A stretch of 64,000 nt of DNA from IMG/VR virus record IMGVR_UViG_3300035498_000356, positions 91,355-155,354 of that record. One strand, given 5' to 3'. The notes below the pieces were generated by a model. It was not told the origin of the DNA. It saw only the letters and a program-made list of their open reading frames with translations, and made no database searches. Numbering within the stretch: the stretch's first letter is position 1; each line of letters starts with the position of its first letter. The position numbers and the translations under genes were made by a program. Of the stretch, positions 21,801 through 36,251 are shown piece by piece. The stretch is from a virus. Its lineage: Duplodnaviria; Caudoviricetes.

Positions 21801-24800
21801 AAGCCGCACAAGCAGATATTACCTATGTAGGTACACTTACTTCACTCATATCAGCTGTATGCTCTTTATCCAACTGAGTACCAGCTTGAATTACTTGAAT
21901 TTCTTGAGTAAGTAAATCATCCTAATCTTCATATTTATCATTAGGATTAAAGTTGGCACCTCCTTGCTTAATTGCACCCTCTGTAACCACATATTGAGTC
22001 TATGAATGTTTCATAGGCTGATAAAAATCCCATTGCGTTTTAATTTCTTCATTAGGAACTTTAGCAATACCTTTTTCATTCATACAATTAACAGTAGTTT
22101 CTATAGAAGTTTCAGATAATTCTAATCTTCCAGTTCTACTATTCTATGCCATGCTGTATAGTCCACCAAATAATTCCCAAGCTTTTACATTAGAATTTAC
22201 ATCATTATAATCAACATATTGAGCTTCAGCACCATCTACTATATCACCTAATTCATCAACTTCGTATTCCTCTCTGGTATAATTATTATCACCTTTATAT
22301 TCGATATTTTTAATCCAATAATACTTTCTACCTTTTGTGTAATAAATACCTCCAGCAGGGAATAATGATTTTGGAGTTCCATCTTCACCTATATTTAAAT
22401 CACTTTCTAACAAATTCCAATTAATTGCATTTCCAGATTCATCTTTCCAAATCTTGGAAGACATTTTATAAAAAAGATTTAAATTAAAATCAAGACTCAT
22501 TCTCATATTTGCATTAGTCAATGCAAATACAGCAGTTTTAATAATACCTCCTGTACCTACTTCAGGATTATAGAAATGAACAAAGGTTTTCTTAGTTTCT
22601 CCAATTGCTTTACTACCACCTAATGAATTATTTTCAAGACGCATAGTAAATGGATCTACAATAGTTGCACCATCAAATGGAGTTACTTTTTCATGTTTAC
22701 TAGTAATAATATCTACATACTTATGTAAATCATCAACTACAGCTATATTATAATTCTCGTTAACTCCATATAATGTATTTAAATCAAATTGTTGCATTTG
22801 AGCAGTATAAGATACATTACGTTTACATTGAGCATTATACTATACTGATTCTTCAACCATTTCCTAAATATAATTAGCTTTATTTCTTAAAGATTCAACC
22901 TCTTTAGTCATTGAATATTTAACAGGATGCCCTATTATAGATCCAACAGTAGAAAGTACCCATTGTTGGGTAAATAGATATGATAATAAATTTTGTTTTT
23001 CTAATATAGGATTTAATTTTATACTTCCAGGATTATCTATTTCAAAATTCTGTAGATAATTTCTAATATGTTCCATTCCTTTGAAATCGGATCTAGAACG
23101 TATATTCATATATTGTGCAGGTTTTCCATTTGCATCATATATAATTTTTCCATTATCATCTACTAATGGAATTTTAGCAATAATTAAATCACCATTATCA
23201 TCAATCCAATCTTTATTGTCTTCTTTAATTTTGTCTACAATTCCTTTACTATCCTTAGATTTATTTACATCAGAATCTAATGAATTGATATTTATTGTAA
23301 CTCCTTCTTCTATAAGACCACCTATTAATTCGGCATGTCTCATTCTAAAGAACTATCCAATAGTAGACCATCTGCCATTACTGTTGCTATTTCTAAAGAA
23401 TTCAGATATTAAATTATGAACTTGTTTATTACGATCATTTATTCTATTTTTTGAAGGATTATATCCAAAACGATATACCTATGCTAATAGAGTATTAGAA
23501 TTATTTTGAATTTTACCTCCTTTGTATGATACATAAGTCTAATCAACTATTTCAACTTTATCGTACGGATGAGCCTGATTATAATATTTTGTTATATCAT
23601 AAATAAATTGTCTTTCTGTAAATAAAGGAAGGCTTTTATTCTTTTCATTTAACGCATTTAACCTGCTAATAAATTCTTTGAATTTAGCAAAATTATTAAA
23701 ATAATCAAGTGATTTTGCAGACTTAATCTCAGATAATATTTTTTGTAAAGTATCTTTTTCTTCTTTATTTAGATTGTATCTATCGTACTTTTCATTTACA
23801 AAAGTTTCAATAGAGTCATGTAGTTTCTAAAAATCATTTACAATTTTATATAATACATTAGAATAGAATTTACCTAAATTTTGTTTTATACTATATAAAA
23901 TTTGATTAGGTTTTGCTGATTTATAACTTATTCTTTCAGTTGTGTATTTTCTATTAGGATCTAAATCACCGTATTCATTAAGATTAGTAGGAACAACAAA
24001 TTGTTCATTTAAATTTATACGTAATTTAGGCACTGTATTTTTATCAGAGTTTACAGAAGCCAAGAAACAAGCAAGACCTTTAGATGTATATCTATTATCA
24101 TCTCCAGAATATACAGCTGGGAGATAATCCAAAAGAATATTCATATTCATAAATTCAGAAGGATTACATGTTACTGTATCTTTAGTAACTCCTGTTAATT
24201 TAGAATATAATTCATTATCAATTGAAACTTCGTACATCAAATTAGGATTAGTTACTATATCTAGTTCACTAGCGGCAGCTTCCTATGATTTACACCAGTA
24301 TTCCATGGTTTCTCCATAAGTACATAACAACTTACTAAATGACTATACACTCTATGCTTTACCTTCACTATTATTAATTTGTGCAGAAACTCCAATACCT
24401 AGAGCGCTTAATCTTGATTGAGATAATTCACTTAATATTTCATTATCAGATTCAGTTCCTCCATACAAATTTAATTGTTTTTTAGTTAGATTATATTTTA
24501 CAGCTCTAGTTTGATTTTCATCCCAGCCTAATTTCTTTTGTAATATTTCTTTTACTTGATTATCAGAATTAGTTTCTCGTAATTCAACATTAGAAGTATA
24601 TATTCTATGTAATATTCTACCTATAAATGAATACAACTTAGTTAACTAAGTTTCCGCCTCATGTTTCTACATAAAATTATTATAGAATTGAGGTTCATTT
24701 TCAAAATCAGTTCCAAGTAATTCAAAAGATAATTGTTTAAGTAAGTTTTCACAATACTAATATGATTCATCAGATTTAGTTAAAGTATTTACTCTAATAG

Positions 24801-26607
24801 GTGCTCCATAATTAGCATCTTCTGGTCTTACTTTTTCTGCATATTCAACAATTACATTTTCATTCTTTCGATTAATTGTTAATATTACGAATTTAGTATT
24901 ATTAGAAGAATTTTCTATAGGTATTTCAAATTTTATTTTTTCATCATTAGCTCCTTTATACCCAAAATTTTCTTGTAATTTTACTTTAAAATCATGTTCT
25001 TCTTTAGGTTGAATTTTTCTAGAGTTCTTTTGATTTATTTCAGATTTAAAGTTAAGAGTCTATACATACTCAGACATATCAAGCATAGGCCTATTATATA
25101 TACTTCCATTCTCGTCTTGATATGACTATGTTAATATGTTTTTAAATATGGAATTAGTAGTCTAACTTACATGTAAAAATACATTATTTGGATCTTTAAA
25201 ATTGGTTAGATTATACAAACTTCTAGTATTACGTTTTCCAAATATTTGATAACAAATAGTTCTTAATGCATCTTTCTATGCTGGGCTTAATTCTTTTATA
25301 AGTGTAACATCATCTAATAAACCATATTCATATAATTCCGCAATCATTGGCATTATTTCAGAGAAATTGGTTCGCAAACTATTAATAATTTGTGCTAAAG
25401 ATTTGCCATCACAAAATGATTTAGTAGTTTCACTCATATCAAGTGTTTTTGTATTATCATATAAGTTAAATACCCTACTACTAAAATCGCTATCTTCACC
25501 TCTAACATTTAATTTTAGAAATGAAGTTATAAATGCATAATCATTGAAGTTTAGATATTTGCCTTCAATAGGATTGCCAGCAGAATCGACTAGTTGTGTA
25601 GTGTCAATTAACAACTACACAACCTTATCGGATTCTTTCATTATATCAATATTTTTACCATCATCTTTACGCCAAGAACCTATATCATCAGCAGTTTTAT
25701 TTCTGAATTCATATTTATCAGATCCATCTTTTGTACCAAATCTATTTATTTTAAGAACATCTCCAAATATATGTTTAATATATGAATCGAAATTAGATAA
25801 AGCTACCCATGCATTATATGCTTTTAATTTAGCTTTATCTTTTTCTTTATTAGAACTTAATAAATTATTTAAGTCTTGAGATGTTAATTTACCATTAAAT
25901 AGACGATTAACAAAATCTATGAATCTACCACTCCATAAATTTGTTGCTTTTGTTTCACCTCCAACAACTTTATATAAAGTAGTTTCTAAATCATCATCAA
26001 GTTTTTTATTAGTATAGTTATTTATATAATATAAAATATCAGCAAGTAACTTTTCTTGATAACGTCTAATATTTCTATTTAATGCTGCAACACCATTTAC
26101 TTGTTCAAAATCAACATCTGTTAATTGTCTATTAAATACACATCCATCAAATAAGTGTGTTTTTACATCCAATACAGCTAAATCCTAAATATTAGTAGCA
26201 GTTCCATATGCATTATCTAGAAATTTATCAGTAGCATTAGATGGATTCTAAGATTCTACAGGAACTTCAACCATAGATATTGGAGCCAATTTCGTATCTT
26301 TTATTTCTCCATGTAATACTCCTTCTAAATATGGCAATACATTATCTGTATTTACTGAATCACTTTCACTCTCCAATTCAGCTACATTTCTAACAGTATT
26401 TACCAAATTATCAACAAAAGTTATTACATTTGGATCATCTAAATCCATAGAAAACTAATCAGATACTTGCTAAAATACAGTATTAAATAGATCTGACACA
26501 GATGTAATATCTACATTCCATTCTTTAGAATCCATATATGCATATACCATTTCTTCAGCATATGCTGATGCTTGATTTATTTCAAATTTACATTTAGTTA
26601 CACTCAT
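15856..26607 (-). CDS. giant virion DNA-dependent RNA polymerase of crAss-like phages (about 3583 aa, TAG=Gln)
   Basis: Fourteen ORF-track fragments share one frame; catalytic QGSDFDIDA at about 19201-19227, preceded by ARIPAQNMQSFM; ATGA overlaps at both ends. Confidence 0.9.
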
Positions 26608-29600
26608 ACCGGAGATATTATTTTAGATATTTTACAAGATCTAGTTTCTTCTTTAGTTTCACCCATCTGTTTAATTAACTCTTCTATATTTTTTATTTCT
26701 GTTATTGCATCTTTATATGTTTCTTTTATAGATTCAGGTAGACTATCTAATAATTCTAATCGTGTATCTACTGAATCTTTTTGCAATACCCAAGTATCTA
26801 TTTTACTATATGTAGATGCTAATCTCATATATCTACCTTTTATATTATTTTTTAATTCAGAAATAAATTCATTAGCAAAATATACATCTTCATTAGCCAA
26901 TACTTTCTTACATCTATTTTTAATCTATTCTTTAGTTACTGCTGATTCAACTTCTACAGTTTCTGTAACTGTTTCAGAATACTCAAATCCATTATCCTTA
27001 GCAATACAATCATATTCAACAACATTTCCAGAAGTATCTTCAACTCTCATTATAAATTGTTGATTGTCATTAAATGATGTAATCTCTTCATTTGTTTTAG
27101 GATTAATAAATTTAACAGATTTGTTTACAAAGAATTTATCATTAGCTTTTAATAATGAAATTCCAAACTAATATAATAAATAAGGGGATTCTGTATTCGA
27201 GTTTACAGATGAAATACATCTACTAAATGCTTCTGAAAGATTATCTTCGGTTACTTCAAATGATAATCCAGTTCCATCTAATACACTGTTAATTTGTTCT
27301 TGTGTATTATCAATAGCCAACTTAATTGCTTGTTTCTTCTTTTCTTCTTCAGAAACATTACTACGTGATTCTATATTTAAATAGAAATCTGTTGAAGCAT
27401 TTACTTTCTCACCATTCTCTCCAGCTATTTTAGCCATCTATTCTATAAATGGAAGCTTACCATAGAATGTTATTGTTTCAACCTTACCATGAATTAAGAA
27501 ATCAACATCTCCATCTTCTGTTCTTAATTTACCATCTTGAACATCTCTGAAATTAAATAATGAATCAATATTACTATTCTTTCTAGTTCTAGGTGTATAA
27601 TTAAGCATAAAGAATCTAGCATCATCCCCGTTTTCACGCATTAACTAAGCACGCTTATTATATTTATCTATTTCTGCTTGAATTTGATCAACTATATTCT
27701 AATCTATTTTCTTATCTGGACCTTCTACCAGATTTACAAATAAATTAGTTAATACATTAGTAAATGGTATATTATCTTGATTATTAAACTTAAATGATGA
27801 TTCTAATGCCAATTGATAAGCTTTATATTTATCATCATTAGTAATATCAGAAACCCAATCATCATATAGCTAATTAAGATTTTTGATTGTTTCTATAACC
27901 TTTTTTAATCTGCCACCATTAAATGTAATTTTACTATTTCTTGACTAGAACTATTGTATCAAATCAACATTTTCTGATTCCAATATCAATCTTACTAATT
28001 TATGAATTGTATTGTAATATCCAATTTTATAAGATAATCCAGATGCATTACCACTCAATGATGTTTTTAAGTAGTTAACATATTGACTAACTGTAGCTAA
28101 AGGATTTATTACATAAATCAATTTAATTGTTTTATTTCCAGAATATCCAGACTATTGTTGCTCAATATACTTATCAATTAATTCTGATTCTGAAAGCGAG
28201 GATTCCTGACTAACAAGTATAAACGAGTGACCAGGCTATACGATAACAGATTTCTCTCCCTTTGAATCTTGAATACGTCCAGTTTCAGAAGGAACATGGA
28301 ATATTCTAGAATAATTTAATCTAGTATCTTCATTATTTAAATATAATTGACTAACAGGTTTCCAATCAATTGGATCCTATGTAGTAATATCATATACCAA
28401 TTTAGTTTCATCCTATTGGAATTTACCTCTTTTCTAAGAGAATAATAATCCTTTACACATCAATTTACTAGGAGTCCACTCATTAACATCTTTATGTTTT
28501 GGATTTACCACAAATTTCCCATTTTCATATTTTCTTATTCCGAATCTAAATAAGAAATAATGAGAATGTCTATATATTTTTAAATAGTTTTTAAAATCAT
28601 CAGAAACGTCTTTATCATTTAATATTTCTTCAAATACTCCTCCAGGTTCAGAAATCCACTCAGCATCCGTTCTATCTTTATTTTTCTATGCATGTTTTTG
28701 GAATATTTCATATTCTTTAGGGAAATATGGTTTTCCTTCTGAATTTGTACTTAATATTAATGTAATAGGATTGCTTATTGTAAATAATGGAATTTCTAAT
28801 ACATCACCATATTCTGCCTGTCCTATAATTGCTACTAATTGACTAGTCGGAACCTAATCAGAACCCTAAACATCTTTATCTACACCATATACTTTTTCAT
28901 CCATTGACTTATGAAGCTAAGTATTTTCAGTAAAATCATCTTTACCTTTAGCTTTATTACTTTCACGAGCAGATTTAGTATCAACAGCTTTAAATCCAAA
29001 GTCAATGTACATTCCATTAAAACCTAATATTTTAGATAATGTATTTATCATTTCGGTTTTATTAGAAGATGTTAATAAAATGTTATGTATAGTTCCTAAA
29101 AATCTCAATGCTGATTTAGCATCTCTTTTATCTATAATGTTCTTAATAAGTTTAGTAACATTTTTAAATTGTGGATATTTAGAATTTTTAGATAATTCAT
29201 TTAACAATTTAAATCCATTTACACTATCAATTCTAGAATATGATTTGCCAGAAGGACTTGTATATGTACCTAACTAATCAAATTCAAATAATCCAGTATC
29301 TGGATTTACAACAGCTCCTAATTCAAGGCAATTCATACTATAAAATTCAACATTAAAATCCATTGAATCTAATGGATTTTTTCTATTCTTAGATTTTTTG
29401 CCTTTTTCGTATTTTTCAGAATCGAGATCTGTATTTATTTCATCAACACCCTCTTTATCAACTGGTTGTGCCTTTTCTTCGTATTCAGGTTCTTTCTTTG
29501 CTTTTTTCTTTTTCCCTTTTTCTTCTTTTTTAGCTTTTTTATTTTCATCAATAGTAATTGCTAAATCATCAAAGCTTTGAATAAAAATGTCAATACCAAA

Positions 29601-32600
29601 ATTCTTACTGATAAATTTTTTCAATTTAACATCATCGAATACAGGTTTTCCAACGGTAAATATATACTTTATTTCGTCAATATTCTAAATAGGTTCACCT
29701 AAATTTCCAGTAATTATAAATTGATGAGGATTGCTTATATCTGATTCTTCTTTTAATAAAGAAGCATCTCCACTTAATAATTTAAATAAATCTTCAAGAG
29801 TATCAATTCCAATATATGGGTAATTAATTAAATCAGATGGTTTTACATTATGAGCTGAAAGTCTTTTATTAAATTCTTTCCATTGTTTATTTAGAATAGT
29901 TTCATCTCCACTTGTTAATGTAAATTTAGCACTATCACCTAAATCTTCAATAAATTCTTCAGCGTAATTTTTAGGCTCCAACTTTGACAAAGCAGATTCT
30001 TTTACATTAACATCAATTCCATGTATACTAATATCATATGAACCATCCTCGTAATAATTTGTAATAATATACACATTATTACCTTTATATACTACTCTGT
30101 CACCAATCTAAAATTTATCTTTAGGAGGTATTGCTGTTTTTTTAGTAGAAGTTCCACCTCCGGTAGTACCAGTACCTGATGGTGTGCCACCTCCAGCAGG
30201 AGTTCCAGTGCCTGATGGAGTACCCGATGGTGTTCCGCTACCAGTAGGCGTTCCAGTACCTGTTGGAGTAGTAGATAATGAAATATATTCAATTACATTT
30301 CCATCTTTATAAGTATCTTTTAATTCCTAAAGATAGTTTTGAGTATATGATTTTAAATGTTCTTTATATCCTTCTTCTGAATATACTGAACTAATAGGCG
30401 TACTGTATATCTGTAAAGGATTAGTATTGCTGTAATATATAATACTTGCCTGAGATGCTCTAGTTAATCCAGTATATACATATTTATAATTCTATAATCT
30501 AGATGTAGGAGATTTAGTAATATCAACAATTGAATATCTGGATTCCTATCCCTATGCTTGATTTCCATGTCTTATTATAAGATGTTTGCTTATTTCAGCA
30601 TCTGCTGTCAATGCCTTATATAATGGTGAATTTTCATCATCATAAATATATAATATTTTTTCATTTTCATCAGCATTTGTATGAGATGTATCAAGTGTTG
30701 TTATTATTTTTTTAATGGACTCAATTGCATCATTAACTTTTGTAGATATTAAATCACCATATAATTGATTATTTTTCCAATTATGTTCTATTTGTATCAT
30801 GTTATTAATTGGCGATTCTTCATCTTTACTTTCTTCTATTTGCAAAAAAGATTCAAATTTCTACTGGTTTGATGTTTTAACTGTATTACCAGTTCGCATT
30901 GTTAAACCTAATTTAGGTGGTCCATAAAATTCCTATGAAGAGACACCTAAATTTTGCAGTAGTGTTTTAGATTTATATTTTATTTCAGTAATTCCTTCAA
31001 CACTTGATTGATGATAATCTCCCGCAACAATTACAGATACACCATATTTTCTAGCCCATTTATTAATTAACTATAATTCAAGTGAATTAAATAATGTTAT
31101 TTCATCAATATATAAAACTTTAGGATTATCAGAAGTTTCTTTAAGTTCTTTTGTTGATACTACATTTCCATATTTATCAATTGCTGTATCTTCTGATGGT
31201 ATAATATATGCTTTCTTTTCATCATCAAATTCATATTCAGTATAGTCTTTAATTATACTATCTAAAAATGTTTTTTTATTTTTAGATGTTACTTTCCCTA
31301 CACCAAATAATCCATTTCCAGTTGTAGTAGCTTCTTCGTTAGTTTCTTTAGCTCCATGTACAAACCATTTTTTATTTTCTATATTTGGATTTGATTCTAT
31401 TAACTTATCCAATATAACAAATACAGCAGATGTTTTGCCACTACCTGCAATTCCTTCTATTAAAGTGAACATATTATATTTAGGAAGACGCAAAGCATCA
31501 TATCGTAATTCCTTATCAAGACTACCTCCTAAATCTAAACCAGTATTAACTTTATAAATAGCAGCATATTCAGAATCACTCATTTTATCAAGTTTTCCTT
31601 TAATAGATTTATATTGTCCATTAAAGTATGATCTGAATAATGGTTCATTCATTATTTTTGCATACGTCATTCTTACAGCTTCTAGCTACATAGGAATAGT
31701 TCCTAAATCACCAAAATCTAGCTAAGAAACAGCATGATAGAAATCAGAAGATTTTATAGAGAAACAAGATAATAAATATTGTACAAATTGCTAGTCATTT
31801 ATAGTTTTAATATTTTCATTAGCAGTTGATAGATTTTTATTATTTGTTAAATCAAACAAATCCAAAAATTGAGTCATGCTATTTGCATCTAGAAGTTTAT
31901 CTTTAACCTTCTATCCAAATTCATATAAAGCATCCTCAATTTCAGTTACTCTTTTGCTAAATTCTTGTGTAGTTAAAGTACGCCCATTTGTATCCTATAA
32001 TACATGTCTCAATTTAGTTTCTAAATCATTCCAAGCATCTCTATCCCAATCTTTAAATACATCAGTATCACCTCTTTCTAGAAATTTAGATAATGATTTA
32101 CATCTAGCCTTCATTAAACCATTTCTAGCATTATTCTATTGTTGTAATTTATTACCTCTATTTATATTATAAATATTACGCATATAAATCAATTCAGACT
32201 AACGTTTATTTAATTCATGAATTAAATCCTAAGTCATTGAAGATTCAGTTGTAACTAAATTAAGAGGTTCTCCTAACTTCTTAGACAATTCATTCATAAT
32301 AACATTAAATCCAAATGGATTTCCTTGAGTAATACTTAAAGTATCAGTTGTAGCACATTTAAGAACTGCTTTTAACATTTGTATATATCTCAATGCTGAA
32401 TTTATAGATTCTTCTATATCAGCCATTGATTTTATACCATTAATATCTTTAGCAGTTTTTAATTGATCATGTATTTTTTTAATTAATTCGGAATAATTAA
32501 GTTCTTCGTTATTTACAGATAATGCAAATTTATTTAATATTCCATCTATAAAATTTTCTGGTAAAGCATCTATTTTATTTTTTAATTCATCTAAAGTATT

Positions 32601-35600
32601 TCCCTATTCTTCAGAATCTACAAATGTCTTTAATCTAATTATTTCTTCATTTAATTCCTACTTCATTACAGATGAAATATATCCTTTTTCAATAATAGGT
32701 TCTAGATATTTTTCTAAATTATCAATAATATGTTCAGCAGTACTAATCGTTATACCTATTTTTATATCTTCTATTTCTTCTGAATTAGTAAGTGATTCTT
32801 TTACTTTAGCTTCTTCTGTATTGCGTTTTTCTGTTTCTAATTTAATTTGGTCATTATAATTATTGCTTATATTTTCAACATATAATTTTAAATCACCATC
32901 AGCAACTAGTTTATTCTGATTTTCTTGTTCTAATGATTCTTTTAATTTTGCTAATTCATCAGGATCTGTTTCAACTATAATCTTTTCATTAATATCATTT
33001 ATTGATTTATTGATTTTATCAATAATGTCTTTGTGTTCTGATTCTTTAGCTTTAATTAAATTATCTCTTTCTTCGTTAAGAGATTTTATTTTTTTATCAA
33101 TTGGACCTAATACTGTTTCAAATTTATCTTTTTCATATTCTTCCTTATTTTTAGTATATGCTTCAATTCGTTTCTAATCACCGTTAACCATTTTAGCATA
33201 TTGATTTAAAGAAAAAACATAACCATTGTCTTCAATAAATTTATCTAACTAATCAGGATCCAATCTTCCTAATATATTTAATAATCTATCATTAGGATTA
33301 AAAGTCATTCCTTTTACAAACTCTCCTTCATTTTTAGATTCATTTAAGCTAATATCAAATACTTGCCTAAAAGCATTTTCTGCTTTTCTGTATTCTTCAG
33401 AATCATAGTCCAATAAAAGTTCAGGAAGTTTAGGATTAACAACTTTAATCATCTCCATTAAAAATTCAGCAGACTATTTAATTAAGTCACGCTGTTCTGG
33501 ACTTTTCTTAAAATCAGTATAATCATTCTATGCTTTAGTTTTTTCGGTATCAGCAAGTTCATCATATTTCTTACCATACTTCTATTTAACCCAAACAGGG
33601 AATGGTACAATTCCAAATTCCTAACTTAAAAATGGAGACATTTCAAAGAATGCACGAGAAGCAAATTCAAGAGCATGTTTACCTTCAACATAATCTTGAA
33701 TCTCTTTTAATTGATTATTGTACTATTCAGTAAGACGTTCTACAGCTTCATTATTTTTTACTTCTTCTTCGCTAGTATGCCTTACTTCTGTATCTTCTGC
33801 AACTCCATTTTTATTTTTATCAACTACTTTAGCTTTAGCTTCTTCTAGCGCTTGTTTAGTATTAACTAAATCAGCAACTTTATTATTATAATCTCCAAGA
33901 AAATCTAAAGCGGTTTGTGAATTATATAATGATTGATAACGCCATTCATCAAGAACTTGTGCATCTAAGAACTGACTATCTGTTAAATTAATCTTACTTT
34001 CATTAAGTGTATTCTCAACAAAATCAAGTACTTGATTAATCATCTTTTTAGCTTGATATTCTTGAGATTCTCTTCCAGTTCCAATTAATTCTAATTGCCC
34101 TTCTGAATTTTCAGTTGGAGTAGCTTTTAAATCAGAACTAGCGCCTAAAGCATATTTATTTAATTCTCTACGAATTCCATCCAATCCTTCATTTCTAGCA
34201 GTATAAACAAGATGTTGATATGCCCATTTAAGATCATGATTCTTTGTATCTTTAAGAATCTAAAATGATGTTCCAGCATGTGTTAAACTACCACCAATAA
34301 GACCTCCGAAAAATGACATTCCGTATCTGTCGATAATATCCTATCCATCCCAACTACGGTCGCCATTTTCATCCCACTTATAACCAAATGAATTTAAACG
34401 TGTATCAGAGCCTTTTAACCATTGTACAGTATTAAATAATCCTTTAGATACATCAGCTAATACTTCTTCAGAAACCTCTTCTACACCTTCGCCAAGGCCT
34501 CCTGCTATTGCTCCCATTACAGCTTGTTTAGAAGCTTTTGAACCATTAGCAAAGTATTCACCTTTAAAGAAGTCTCTTGCTTTATTTATTACATTCTATG
34601 CCCATTTATGGCGATTAGACTTGTCAGCTGCTAATGCTTCTCCAACTTCAGCACCAGCTCTACCTATTTCTTCTTTACCAAGTTTACCTGTTAAATGATC
34701 CATAAGTTTGCCGACTGCCATTCTATTTTGAGCACGTTCGTTATGCAGTTCAGGCAATATCCAACTACCTATTTCTGTATTTAATAACCATGCTTCAGCT
34801 GCACCGTATCCTAGTGTAAGTAATGACGCTTCTATATCACTAGCTCCTGCTTGTTTAGCTTCTCCATAAGTATCAGCAACAGTTATACCTGTCATATATC
34901 CTTTACTTAATACTTCACCAATTTTCTAATATCCTTTTACAAATGAATTAGTTTTAGCTAAAGCATCAAGTGCTGATATTTGATCAATAGATTCATGTAA
35001 ATCACTCAACTTTAATAACGTTTCTCCAGTAGCTTGTCCAGATTTTAATTCGTTTTCTAAAGTGAGATATTTATTTTTATATACTATATCTGATTCCGCT
35101 TTAAATTGTGAATTTAATTTGTCAATTGCTTTCTAAGAACCAGCATATTTACCTTTAAATAAATAAGGAATTTTTTCAAATATAAATCTCTATTGTTTTA
35201 ACTATGACATAGTATCTCCAACAAGATTTATAAAGTTTTCAAGATTCCATACTGATTTCTATGCTTCTTCAGATACATTACCTTGTAATTCCCATGATGA
35301 TTTAAATCCTTCTAATTCAGATAAAAGAGAATTGTCAGAACCAGTAGCCATTTTACCTAGTGTTCCAACTAAACCTGCTAGTTGTGGAACCAAACTTATA
35401 CCAGTAACAACAGGACCGACATAAGAAATAAACATACTTCCGACTAATGCTAAGTTTTTCATGATGGTACCACCTAAACTTTTATTAACATCATCAGAAT
35501 CTAAAAAATCCAATTTGTTAGCAAAAGTTCCTTCTTTGGTAAGTACATTCATTTTATTAAGTACTTTTCTTCCATAAGTGTCTCTACCATCAAGCGTTTC

Positions 35601-36251
35601 ATAGTAGTATTGTCCATTTGGACCTACTTTCTATTCACCTTTCATATGGTGAGTTTTCTATTTAGTTACAGGATCAATATGGTCTCCTTCTTCATCCCAA
35701 GTGGCAAGGACAAGAGACTTATCCCAATAATCAAAGAATCCAGAATGAGGATCTTCTCCCCATTGTGCATTCTCAAAATTATCACCTGCTGTTAAAGGAT
35801 TTAATAATACTTTATTCTATTGTGCAAGTTCATCAATAGACATTGTTTGTCTACTTTGTTCACCCCATCCAACTAATCCAGTTGACTATTTAGTTGGATT
35901 TGGAACAATTATCTAAGTATACATATCTTTAATAGATCCTCTTTGACTACTATCAACTGTCATGTTAGTAGCTGCATGCTTAAACAATTTATTTGACTCT
36001 TCTTTAGCTTTTCCACTAGCCATTACAGAATAGTTTACCTACGCAAGCTGGTAGGCTTGATTGAACATTTTGTCATCAAACCTACCATCTTCCTTAGTAA
36101 ATTGTTTTTGTATATATGGATTGCTTTTATAATAAGAAGCACTTTGTAAAGAAGTGTTATCAGCACTTAACCCTACAGCCATAAAATCTGATGTAGAAAA
36201 TCCAGGATTTGCTACAACATTAAGCATCATATCATTTTCTTTATTAGTCAT
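26604..36251 (-). CDS. giant virion/cargo protein with central superfamily-1 (RecD/Dda-like) helicase domain (about 3215 aa, TAG=Gln)
   Basis: Fourteen fragments share one frame; Walker A GIAGSGKT, Walker B YIDE, motif III AGDYHQ, LTMRT, motif V QA*G*ES, motif VI YTGLTRA; N-terminal Gly/Ala-rich hydrophobic region. Confidence 0.85.
30150..30273 (-). repeat. Pro/Thr/Gly low-complexity repeat linker (GTP(S/T/A)G units)
   Basis: GC-rich island encoding TTPTGTGTPTGSGTPSGTPSGTGTPAGGGTPSGTGTTGGGTST, downstream of helicase motif VI. Confidence 0.75.
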
